The position numbers and the translations under genes are program-made. Of a DNA stretch of 64,000 nt, positions 37,192-51,921 are shown piece by piece. How positions within the stretch are numbered: position 1 is the stretch's first letter; every line of letters starts with the position of its first letter. The stretch comes from the human T2T-CHM13v2.0 reference genome, Homo sapiens, in NCBI RefSeq assembly GCF_009914755.1, contig NC_060925.1. One strand, written 5' to 3'. The notes under the pieces were generated by a model. That model was not told where the DNA came from. It was given only the letters and a program-made list of their open reading frames with translations, and ran no database searches.

Positions 37192-37277
37192 GTCCTCAGT
37201 TTGCAGAAGACCCCTCCCAGTTGCCTTCAACTCAGTTACCTTCCTCACCTTTTGGAGACTATCGACAATATCAGTAG
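37192..37277 (+). CDS. TIMM17A: TIM17A exon 6, coding part (GPQFAEDPSQLPSTQLPSSPFGDYRQYQ*)
   Basis: CAG acceptor, TAG stop at 37275-37277; exon lengths 26+100+64+129+111+86 = 516 nt = 171 aa plus stop. Confidence 0.97.
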
Positions 37278-38370
37278 GACTTCTTTCCTAGGATTTCTTT
37301 AACAGAACGAGTTGTGGTTCGAGAAGGATTTCAGAAGATCAAGTTACAGTCTGTTTTTAAAACCATAGGTGGGACAGCTATGGCCAATAGGCTATAAAGA
37401 GACATTTAGCACTTTTTTCTATTTAAAGGAACAAGCGGGGAAGGGTGCTAAAAGATAATACGTTTATTTATTCACACTTGAATTGCATTTGTGATCAAAA
37501 TAAATGTTTAAATCGCTAAAGGAAAATACAGTAAGTGCTTGAAAGATGAAGGACCAAAAGGCCAAAAAACAGTGAAATATGATCATCATTTCCTTGCGGA
37601 CTTCTCTGCCTGGTTTTGTGTGTTCTGTTATTCAAACAATAAAAAGCTGGTGGAACTTACTCTTTCTTTTAAGATAAGTTGTAGACTTCGATGTTTCATG
37701 CTCATGTACTTCAAATAATGCATGTTTTATAGTTAGTCCCTCATCACTTGAAGTGACTTCTGAGAATTATGCAGAGTCAACATGGATCATTTCACAGTGA
37801 GATGCTTTATGGATTGAAGGATATGGTAAAATGTTTATAGTTTACTTTGAAAGTAAAATATACTATGTCTTGGTTTTGAGGATATTGGATACAAAACTCT
37901 CTTCCTTTAGGGCTACTGAGTCTTGATTCCTGATCATCAGAAATTTCACCAGAAACAACTTGCTTCCAATATACCCAATTCTATATGAAGAATTCATGGA
38001 GAGTGTACTGGCACTGGAAGAGTTTAGTGTTTCTTGTATGCTTGAAAATAAAGTATGTACTGTTTTGAATGTGTTCCAAGTCCTCTGCATAAACGATGTA
38101 TTTTGGGGTCTGGTTGGGCCTGGAAAATGGATGAGCACTTCAGAACAGGTCATTTTCCTGATATTGGAAGTGACATGTGGCCCTATAGGAGGCATGATGT
38201 TAGTTAATTACACATTTGCCTACATCTGTGGGAAATGGAGAACAAAGCCATGTGGGTACTGTAAACACACGTTTATCTTTTGGCCCAATGCCATACATAT
38301 GGTAGGCATTTAATTACTGATTGTGTTTGGATAATTTGGGAATTTTCGACTGTGGTAAAATATACATAAA
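37278..38370 (+). other. TIMM17A: TIMM17A 3'UTR with several polyadenylation signals
   Basis: AT-rich unique sequence with AATAAA at 37499, 37638 and 38047; distal end approximate, near where L1 sequence begins. Confidence 0.7.
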
Positions 38371-39075
38371 ATAATACTTATTAACCATTTGTAAGTGTAT
38401 AATTCAGTGGCATTGAAATACAGTCATAATGTTGTATAACAGCCACCATTATGTATACCCAAAATGTTCTCATTATCATCAACATAAACTCCGTTTTGTT
38501 TTTAGAGACAGTGTCTTACTCTGTCACCCAGGCTGGAATGCAGTGGCACAGTCATAGCTTACTGCAGCCTCGAACTCCTGGCTTCGAGCCATCCTTCTGC
38601 CTCAGCCTCCCACACCCCATGCTGGGATTACAGGCATGAGCCACCATGTCCAGCCTTCACAAACATAAACTCTGTACCTGTTAAATAATAACTTCCCATT
38701 CTTTCCTCGCCACAACCACTAGTAACCACAATTCTGCTTTCTGTCTGTGAATTTGCCTTTTCTGGGTACCTTATATAAGTGGAATCATAAAATATTTGTT
38801 TTTGTGTGTCCGTCTTAATGCACTTAGCGTGTTTTAAGGTCCATGTAGTAGCATGTAGCAAAATTTATTTTTAGGGCTGAATAATATTCCATAGTGTGCA
38901 TATACTACATTTTATTTGATGATCAGTTAGGTTGTTTCTACCTTTTGGCTATTGTGAATTATGCTGCTATGAACATTGGTGTACAACTATCTGTTTCAAC
39001 TCCTATTTTTGGTTCTTTTGGATATATACATAAGAGTGAGATTACCGAGTCATATGGTAGTTCTAGGTTTAACTT
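38350..39075 (-). mobile_element. L1MB-like 3' end
   Basis: TTGTAAGTGTATAATTCAGTGGCATT...GGCTGAATAATATTCCATAGTGTG...GCTATTGTGAATTATGCTGCTATGAACATTGGTGTACA. Confidence 0.85.
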
Positions 39076-41129
39076 TTTTTTTTTTAAAGACACAAGAGTC
39101 TGGCCGGGTGCAGTGGCTCACGTCTGTAATCCCAGCACTTTGGGAGGCCAAAGCGGGCAGGTCACAAGCTCAGGAGTTCGAGACCATCCTGGCTAACACA
39201 GTGAAATCCCGTCTCTACTAAAAATACAAAAAATTAGCTGGGCGTGGTGGTGGGCGCCTGTGGTCCCAGCTACTTTGGAGGCTGAGGCAGGAGAATGGCG
39301 TGAATCCGGGAGGTGGAGCTTGCAGTGAGCCGAGATCTTGCCACTACTCCAGCCTGGGCGACAGAGCGAGACTCCGTCTCAAAAATATAAAAGAAAGTGC
39401 TGGGCGCGGTGGCACACGCCTGTAATCCCAGCACTTTGGGAGGCTGAGGAGGGTGAATCACGAGGTCAGGAGTTCGAGACCAGCCTGGCCAACATGGTGA
39501 AACCCGGTGGGTACTAAAAATACAAAAAATTAGCTGGTAATGGTGCCGGGCACCTATAATCCCAGCTATTTGGGAGGCTGAGGCAGGAGAATCACTTGAA
39601 CCTGGGAGGGAAGAGGTTGTAGTGAGCCAAAATCACACCACTACACTCCAGCCTGGGCAACAGTGCAAGACTGTCTCAAAACAAAAAAGTAATCCACTAT
39701 TGCATGCCAATTTGGCACAAGATGTCAGATACAAAGCAAAACAGATGGGGTATTTCTGATGGGCATTTCAACCTTAAAAGTGAGAAACTAACTTCACTAT
39801 TCCAGTAAAGACCTAGGGAAAACCTCCTTCCTAATCTGCTTGTTTCTCCAGTTATTTATTTCAGTTATTAAAACAATTTAGTTTTTTTACTTTTTATCTT
39901 GAGCTCTACTCTAGTATACCAAATTTAGTTTTAGAATATTTATTAAACAGTTCAGCTGGGGATGGTGGCTCATACCCATAATCCCAGCATTTTGGGAGGC
40001 TGAAGCAGGAAGGTCGCTTGAGGTCAGGAGTTGGAGACTAGCCTGGGCTAGTGAGACGCTAGCCACAAAATGTAAATTTAGCCAGAGATAGGGTGCACAC
40101 CTGTAGTACCGGCTGCTTGGGAGGCTGAGGCGGGAGGATCCCTTGAGTCTAGGTGGTCAAGCCTGTAGTGACCTATGATTATGCCACTGCACTTCAGCCT
40201 GGGCAACAGAACAAGACTCTTTTTTTTGTTTGTTTGTTTGTTTGTTTGTTTGAGATGGAGTGCTAGGATTACAGGCATGAGCCACTGCACCTGGCCAGCA
40301 CTTTCTTTAAATAGAGACAGAGTTTTGCCACATTGTCAAGGCTGATCTTGAACTCCTGGACTCAATCCTCCCACCTCGGCCTCCCAAAGTGCTGGGATTA
40401 CAGGCGTGAGCCACTGTGCCTGGCCGAAATAGTGGATTTCTGAATCAGGGTTTGGAAGACATGGGTACAGCTGCACCTGCTATTGAAAGTGCATCTGTTT
40501 TTCACATAGGAAATGTCTGCAAATTATGAAAGCATGGTCATAGCTCCACCCTGTGGCATGTTACTTATAGTTAAAATTAATTGTCCAAATTCTATTCAGG
40601 CTGGGCCCAGTGGCTCATGCCTGTAATGCCAGCACTTTGGGAGGCTGAGGCGGGTGGATCACTTGGGGTCGAGACTTGAGGTTTCACCTTGTTGGTCAGG
40701 CTGATCTCGAACTCCCAACCTCAGGTGATCTGCCCGCCTCCGCCTCCCAAAGTGCTGGGATTACAGGCATGAACCACCGCATCTGGCCTCAAATAATAAT
40801 AATAATAAATTCTATTCAGTCTGTTAGATCATGGATGAGACCTTGTCTCTACTAAAATTCAAAAAATTTAGCTGGGCATGGTGGCATATGTTTGTAGCCC
40901 CAGCTACTCAAGGGGGCTGAGGCAGGAGGATTCCTTGATCCTGGGAAATGGAGGGAGCAGTAAGCTGAGATTGCACCACTGCACTCCGGCCTGGGCAACA
41001 GAGCAAGACCCTGTCTCAAAAACAAGAAAATTGAGGGCCGGGTGCAGTGGCTCATGCCTGTAATCCCAGCACTTTGGGAGGCCGAGGCGGGTGGATCACA
41101 AGGTCAGGAGATTGAGATCATCCTGGCTA

Positions 41130-41381
<252 letters not shown>

Positions 41382-42933
41382 TTATTGGATATTTTCCCTC
41401 CTTTTCCCTATGTTTGACATATTCTAGTCCTTTTCAGTGCATAAAGCTAGGAAATATGTAGTATATAATCCATGCACATAAACTTCTGTTTATTTCTGTA
41501 TCTGTCCTTGTGTTATAAAACAAAAACTAAGTCCCTCCAACTTCAATCTGGCACCACAGGATTCATTCTAGCTGTCTCTCTTAGTTGTAACAGCAAGAAA
41601 CCTGGCTTCTCATTATAATAATTTGCTCATTTGTTCAATCCTGGTTACATATATTTTGGACTTAGTAAATCATAGCTCTGAGAAATGGATTTGCCAGCTA
41701 GAACAGTGTTTGTACACAGTTGTTTTCAGTCTTCAGTATCTATTCAAAACATGTTCCAAAGCTATTTAATTATACTCCTTTCTCCCCCACTCTCTTCAGT
41801 GTGGTTATGCAATTCATTTGCAATGTGATTGTATTCATTTCCCCAGACTTCATTCCATCTTTCTCTCCACATCTTGGTGGATTTTTAAATTACATTCAGT
41901 AAAATTCACTATGGGGTACAGTTCAGTTAATTTTGATAAATGCTTAGAGATGGCTACCCACCACCACAGTTTCACACAGATAATCTTAAACTACAATCAC
42001 ATCACTCCCAAAATGTCTTCATGCTGCCTTTTTCTTTTCTTTTCTTTTCTTTCTGAGACAGGGTCTTGCTCTGTTGCCCAAGCTGGCATGCAGTGGTGTG
42101 ATCAGGGCTCACTGCAGCCTTGACATCCCAGATTTGAGCAATCCTCCTGCCTCAGCCCTTTGAGTAGCTGGGACTACAAGCATGTGCCACCATGCCCAGC
42201 TAATTTTTTTTTTTTAATTTTAGTAGAGACCAGGTCTCACTATATTGCCCAGACTGGTCTCGAACTCCTGAGCTCAAGCAATCCTCCTACCTTGGGCTCC
42301 CAAAGGGCTGGTATTACTGGTGTGAGCCACTGTTCCCGGCCCATGCTGCCTTTTTATAGCCAACCCCTCTCCCTACTCCTTCCAACCCGTGGCAACTACT
42401 GGTGTGTTTTTTGTCTGTAGTTTTATCTTTTCAGTAGATAAATGGAATCTTACGACATGTAGTATTTGGATCTAGTTTCTGTCATTTAGCAAAGTGCATT
42501 TAATTCATTCATGATGGTATGTGAATCAATCATTTATTCCTTTTTATTCCATTGTGCAGATGTACTCTTGTTTATTCATCTCTTCACCAGTTGAAGGACA
42601 TTGGAGTTATTTCCAATTTTTCATGATTATTCATAAAGTTGCTATAAACCTTTACTTACTGGTTTTTGTGTGAACATGTTTTCATTTATCTTGGATAAAA
42701 TAAATAGGATCACTAGGTTGTAAGGCAAGTATATGTTTAATTTTATAAGAAAATGCCAAATTGTTTCCCAAATTGTATCATTTTACGCTCTCACCAGCAA
42801 CCTATGAGAGTTCTGGCTGCTGTGTATCCTTGGCACTTGGTAGTGCCATTTTTTTTTTTATGTTAGCAATTCCGATAGGTGCTAGTGGTTTTAATTTTCC
42901 TTTCTCTAATGACTAATGATGTCCATCCTTTCA

Positions 42934-43803
<870 letters not shown>

Positions 43804-44235
43804 TTATAGTAAGTTTTGAAATTAGTATGAGTCTTCCAATTTTGTTTATTTTTTCAACATCGTTTTGGCTATTCTAGTTTCTTTGCCTGTCCCTATAAAT
43901 TTTATAATTAGATTGTTGTTATCTACGAAAAATCCTTCTGGGGTTTTTATTGGGATTGAGTTTTATCTGTGTTTTGCAATTTTAGCATATAGTCCTGCAT
44001 ATAATTTGTTATATTTAAACCTCAATATTTCATTTTAGGAAATGCTTTGTAAATAGTATTGGGTTTTTTGGTGGTTTTTTGTTGTTGTTGTTGTTTTTGT
44101 GGGGGTTTTTTTGTTTTTATTTTTTTAGACCTAGTCTCGCTCTTCGCTCAGACTGGGGTGTGCAGTGGTGTGATCTTGGCTCACTGCAACCTCCACCTCC
44201 TGGGTTCAAGCAATTCTCCTGCCTCAGCCTCATGA

Positions 44236-44421
<186 letters not shown>

Positions 44422-44545
44422 TAAATTTCAAATGTCATTGTTCATTACTAGTAAATAGAAATACAGGCTGGGTGCAGTGGCTCACGCCTGTAATCCTAGC
44501 ACTTTAGGAGGCTGAGATGGGTGGATCACTTGAGGCCAGGAGTTA

Positions 44546-45139
<594 letters not shown>

Positions 45140-45214
45140 TTAATTACTGGGAGAGGCATGTAACGTTTTTTACTCTGTTGGTGAATTTGTCCATTTTCCC
45201 TTGTGTTCTGTTAA

Positions 45215-45544
<330 letters not shown>

Positions 45545-45649
45545 TAGACAGATAATACTCCAACATGTGAGCTAGAACATTAACAAGCAATTTATACCTA
45601 GGTATTTGTGAACTACTTACCATCCCAGGTTTCTGCCTCCTCGATTTGA

Positions 45650-46022
<373 letters not shown>

Positions 46023-46154
46023 TGAGTTATATACTGTCTTCAATTTATATTACTTAAGTGGTTTCCTTTAAAACTTTAATACAGATACTTAAGATCTCAC
46101 ATTTATCCCTACTCTCCATCTGATAATACAAGGAGCTTAGAATGCTTTAACTTC

Positions 46155-46289
46155 CTGCAGCCAATTAAGCCGACTGAGTTCCTTTCCTCATGGGGGCCCA
46201 GTGTGCAATGGCTGTAAATAGCAGCTTCCTTGGTAGTGTATGCAGCCTGTTTGTTGTATGGGTTGCTCTAAGGGACCTTGGAGACAGTC
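46155..46289 (+). ncRNA. SNORA70H: Box H/ACA snoRNA SNORA70 (U70) retrocopy
   Basis: 135 nt matching U70 (GCAGCCAATTAAGCCGACTGAGTTCCTTTCCTCATGGGG...); H box ATAGCA at 46218-46223, ACA at 46284-46286 three nt from the end. Paralog letter is from recall. Confidence 0.9.
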
Positions 46290-46337
46290 CTTTCAGATGG
46301 ATGTTCATGTTTCTGACCTTACACTACCCCAATGTAG

Positions 46338-46715
46338 GCTCCAAACTGGCATACGAGGTGCCTTTGGAAAGCCCCAGGGCACTGTGGCCAGGGTTCACAT
46401 TGGCCAAGTTATGTCCATCCACACCAAGCTGCAGAACAAGGAGCATGTGATTGAGGCCCTGCGCAGGGCCAAGTTCAAGTTTTCTGGCCGCCAGAAGATC
46501 CACATCTCAAAGAAATGGGGCTTCACCAAGTTCAATGCCAATTAATTTGAAGACATGGTGGCTGAGAAGCGTCTCATCCCAGATGGGTCAAGTACATTCC
46601 CAATCATGGCCCTCTGGACAAGTGGCGGGTCCTGCACTCATGAGGGCTTCCACTGTGCTGCCCCCTCTTAATACTCACCAATAAATTCTACTTTCTGTCC
46701 ACCTAAAAAAAAAAA
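46338..46715 (+). pseudogene. RPL10P4: Partial processed pseudogene of ribosomal protein L10/uL16 (last two coding exons fused, 3'UTR, poly(A))
   Basis: [68 protein letters not shown] matches RPL10 from about residue 111; premature TAA at 46543-46545, small deletion near 46585, original TGA at 46641, AATAAA at 46680, A-tail at 46705-46715. Pseudogene number is from recall. Confidence 0.93.
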
Positions 46716-46842
46716 TGCTTTAACTTCAGTTACCCCTCTCTCTTATGTACTTTTAGTCTGTTATTTTAGTTTTATCCTGATTCCCTCACATAAACATTAT
46801 TAGTATATTATTAGTGTTGTTTTATACAGTTGTTTAAATTTA

Positions 46843-47228
<386 letters not shown>

Positions 47229-47591
47229 TTAGAATTTCTTTGTTAGGAGTCTATGGATGGTAAATACTCTCAATTTTTATCTAAAAATCTGTTTTCCCTT
47301 ACTTTTTAACAGTAGTTCATTTTTAATTTTATTTATTTTTATAAAGACAGGGTCTCCCTGTGTTGCCCAGCCTGGTCTGGAACTCCTTGGCTAAAGAGAT
47401 CTTCCTGCCTCAGCCTCCTAAAGTGCTGGGATTATAGGCTTGAGCCACTGCACATGACCAAATAATAGTTTAGTTGGGTATACAATTCCAATTTGACAGT
47501 TGGCTTTTTTTTCTCAGTATTTTGAAGATAATGTCTCCAGCTTGTATGTTGCTAATGAGAGGTCTGCCCTTGGTCCAATTTCTTATTTTGA

Positions 47592-47753
<162 letters not shown>

Positions 47754-50089
47754 TAGAGACAGGGTTTCTCCATGTTGGTCAGGCTGGTCTCGAACTCCCA
47801 ACCTCAGGTGATCCGCCCGCCTTGGCCTCCCAAAGTGCTGGGATTATAGGTGTGAGCCAACATACCTGGCACCTTGGTCCAATTTCTAATTGCCATTCTT
47901 TTGTAGATAATCTGTCTCTTTTCTTCCACTGCTGTAAGATCTTTATGTCTTGGTTTTCTTCAATTTAACTAAAACATGTCTATAGGTAGCTTTATTTTTA
48001 TTTTTGCTAATAATTTATTGTAACTTTTTACTGTTTTTTTTTTTTTTTGAGACAGGGTCTCACTCTGTCATGCAGGCTGGAGTGCAGTGGCGCAATGTTG
48101 GCTCACTCCAACCTCTGCCTCCTAGGCTCAAGCAATTCTCCTGCCTCAGCCTCCTGAGTAGCTGAGATTACAGGTGTGTGCCACTACTGCCCGGCTAATT
48201 TTTTGTATTTTTAGTAGAGATGGTGTTTCATAATGTTGGCCAGGCTGATCTTGAACTCCTGAGTTCAAATGATTCACCAGCCTCAGCCTCCCAAAGTGCT
48301 GGGATTACAGGCATAAGCCACTGCACTCGGCCCTGTAACTTTTAAATCTATAGAATCAGGAATGGAAAATTTGTGGCCATTATTTTGAAATGTCCAACAT
48401 ATGTTGCATTCTAAGCATTCACAAATAAATAATAAATAATGAAAATGAATTGGGGGAGAGGTGGGCTGTGCCCACAGTGTCCCCTTTCTACAATCCTGAA
48501 TTCTCTGAATTCCTGAATCTCTCCACTGTAAGTTATTACAGGCCATCTACAGGCCAGTTCTGAGGCAAACTAGACAGTGTGGGAGCCATGCAGGGAGGCA
48601 GAAGTGGAAATGAGGTTCCTGGTATTCCCAGGAAGAAGTAAGGCTATAAGGGGAAATAATATAATTCCTAAAATCTTTTTTTTTTTTTTTTTTGAGACAG
48701 GGTCTTTCTCTGTTGCCCCAGCTGGAGTGCAGTGGTATGATCATGGTTCACTGCAGCCTTGACCTCCCGGGCCCAAGCAATACCCCTACCTCATCCTCTG
48801 AGTAGCCAGGACCACAGGTGTGCATCACCACACCCAGCTAATTTTTTAAAATTTTTTTGTAGAGAGGGGGTCTCCCTCTGTTGCGTAGCCTCATCTTGAA
48901 CTCCTGGGCTCAAGCGATCCTCCTGCCTCAGCTTCCCAAAGTGTTGGGATTACAGGCGTGAGCCACCACACCCAGCCTAAAATCTTTTACCCTTTAGCTA
49001 AGGATGACATCCTCTTCCTCTGTCAATATTTAACTAGAAGGATCAGGCTAGGCATCTCTTCGTTGTGCTCCCCAGCATCCTTTTCTTCCCGTATCAAGCG
49101 CAGCACGTGGAAGTGTCGTGACCTGTTTTCTTGTGCGTCTGCTAAAATGTGAGTTAGGCTATGAACACCATAGGAAGAGGAATTGTGCCGGACTTATTCA
49201 AACTGTACCCCAGGCACTTAGCTTAACAACTGGTGTCTAGCAGATACTCAGCAAAAGTGCATTGCATCGAAGACTGAATAATTTCAAGATAGGAGTATTC
49301 AACGTCTAATATGTACCAAGCGCTGTTCTCAATGCTACAGAAAAGCAGGTTTCTAAGGTTTCTGGAGTTAAACAAAAAACCCTGACATTGAACTTACATG
49401 GAATATTAAAGTCATTATCTACCATAAGCATTATTTCATGAAATAAAATAATTTCAACTCTACAAAACTAGGAAGCACAGAACGGAATACTATTTCCCTT
49501 AATGAAAAACTCCCTACATTGTTCTTTTTAAAAATCTCATTTCCTAGCTGAACGGTAAAAACATCATCATTGATTAGCTCCTATTCATAGAAGGCCCATT
49601 GCAACCCACTGGTACAGAAGAGAAACAAAGTATTCAGCGGAGAATACCCTAGCTCAATAAGCGGTACAATACAGTAAGGGAAATAGAAGTGACATGCGAT
49701 GGACAGCCAGGCCTTAAATTGCGCGGTGCTGATTCCTGTCCCTTAACCCAACAATAGAAAGATAGGCGTGCCTGGAGTTGCTGGGGGACGAGGCTCGATC
49801 CAGTGTGAATTCCGTGAAGTTGTGCAGGGTTTCACTGTTTGCTGAGTGTGTTAGGTTACCTGGTAGAGTTCTCACATTACTTCGTGAGATACACAGATAT
49901 TATGACTCTATTATACTGGTGCAGAAAAAGGCTCGGGAAGATTCATGTTTCTTGTGCGACTTGCCCAAGGTGACACACAGTTCTAACAACTGGCCTATCG
50001 CAGGGTGTGAGATCTGGAACTCAGACCTTCCCAGCCAGGGCTCAGTCCACGCCACTGCCTAGATGAGGCAGCAGGAAGGGTCAGCAGAG

Positions 50090-51130
50090 AAGGGTGCCCC
50101 ACCGGGACGACTGGAACACCTCAGTAGGATATGGGTGGGCAAACGTGGACCACACGATCCCACCGGCCTATTTTGTCCTAAGTCCCGAGGCACGGGTGCA
50201 GCTAGAAGAGTGGGCGGTAAAGCGCAGGGAGGGGATGCGGTCGGGAGCAGATTTCGGGGGCGGGGCCCGCGCGGCGGGGGCGGGCCCGCGGCGCTCGGGG
50301 CGGGGCTCCCCTCGGGTTCGCGGCCCGGCCGGTGAGCAACGGCTCTGCGGCCATGGCGAGCGGCGAGCATTCCCCCGGCAGCGGCGCGGCCCGGCGGCCG
50401 CTGCACTCCGCGCAGGCTGTGGACGTGGCCTCGGCCTCCAACTTCCGGGCCTTTGAGCTGCTGCACTTGCACCTGGACCTGCGGGCTGAGTTCGGGCCTC
50501 CAGGGCCCGGCGCAGGGAGCCGGGGGCTGAGCGGCACCGCGGTCCTGGACCTGCGCTGCCTGGAGCCCGAGGGCGCCGCCGAGCTGCGGCTGGACTCGCA
50601 CCCGTGCCTGGAGGTGACGGCGGCGGCGCTGCGGCGGGAGCGGCCCGGCTCGGAGGAGCCGCCTGCGGAGCCCGTGAGCTTCTACACGCAGCCCTTCTCG
50701 CACTATGGCCAGGCCCTGTGCGTGTCCTTCCCGCAGCCCTGCCGCGCCGCCGAGCGCCTCCAGGTGCTGCTCACCTACCGCGTCGGGGAGGGACCCGGGG
50801 TGAGTGCGCCCCAGACTGCGCCCGCCGCTGCCTGCCTGCCCTTCCGGCCCCGAGCCGCCCTGCACCCGCACCTACCCCACCCGGGAGGAGGGACAGGGAG
50901 GACCCTTCCAGAGCGTCCCTAGAGGGGCCTACTCCCCGCGCGCCGCCTCTAGGCCTCCTCCCCTTGCTTCCTCTTTTCCTCCCGGGCTGCCTGGTTTCCT
51001 TCTTCTGGACTTCCTCCAGCCACTGGGCGGTGCATCCTTCACCCTTTCCGTCCTTCCGCGTCTCCTCCCTGGCCCTGGAGGCTTGTCCAGATTGCGCCGC
51101 ATTCCCGCTCATCGCACACTGCCGTTTCTA
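50090..51130 (+). promoter_or_regulatory. RNPEP: RNPEP CpG-island promoter with clustered GC boxes
   Basis: Very high GC and CpG content; three GGGGCGGG boxes at 50256-50305 just upstream of the ATG. Confidence 0.9.
50353..50799 (+). CDS. RNPEP: Aminopeptidase B (M1 family, LTA4H-like) exon 1, 149 codons
   Basis: GCGGCCATGG Kozak; MASGEHSPGSGAARRPLHSAQAVDVASASNFRAFELLHLHLDL...; donor GGG|GTGAGT. Confidence 0.97.
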
Positions 51131-51601
51131 ACATCTTCCGTGGCTTTCTAGATGACCTATTGTTCATGCACTTCACTTAGTGCCCTCTTGGACTTTTGGG
51201 CCGAGGTACCTGATTATCAGCCACCTTATCTCTGCTTTATGGTGGCTCTAGAATTAGCCAGATGTTGATCTAGCTCTTTGTTCTGTGTTGCCTTCTAGTT
51301 CCACGGTTAAAGCTCATATCTTTGTTTTTGTTTCCTCCTGTGAAGTCCTGGATTTGATTAACGAAAGAATTTGAGTAAAAGTGAGAACTGGAATTAGGGT
51401 GCTATAAGCATTATAATAATTTGGCCTTCTCACTGTTGGTTAACTCTTTAATTTTTTTTCGGGACGGGGCAAATATTGGAAATAAGAGGATGGAGTTACG
51501 TGGCTTATGTCTGTAAGAGTCAGAAAATCCTTCCTGGAGAGTCCTTAGGCTGTGGCTGCCAGTTATCTCTCAGGTAGAGTTGGTTGCAAGTTTCATAGTA
51601 A

Positions 51602-51799
<198 letters not shown>

Positions 51800-51921
51800 T
51801 AGTAGAGACAAAATTTCACCATGTTGGTCAGGCTGGTCTCGAACTCCTGACCTCATGATCCGCCTGCCTCGGCGGCCTCCCAAAGTGCTGGGATTACAGG
51901 TGTGAGCCACTGCGCCCGGCC

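Noticed and set aside
46240-46545. 101-aa ORF with RPL10 similarity as a functional gene
   Set aside because: It starts inside the snoRNA, lacks the RPL10 N-terminal half and a promoter, and ends at a premature stop.
50332-50352. In-frame GTG upstream of the RNPEP ATG (7-aa extension)
   Set aside because: Weak context compared with the strong GCCATGG, and probably very near the TSS; nothing supports its use.
50059-50871. 270-aa antisense ORF and other overlapping ORFs at RNPEP exon 1
   Set aside because: Stop-poor shadow frames of a GC-rich CpG island and the real CDS; no recognisable domain.
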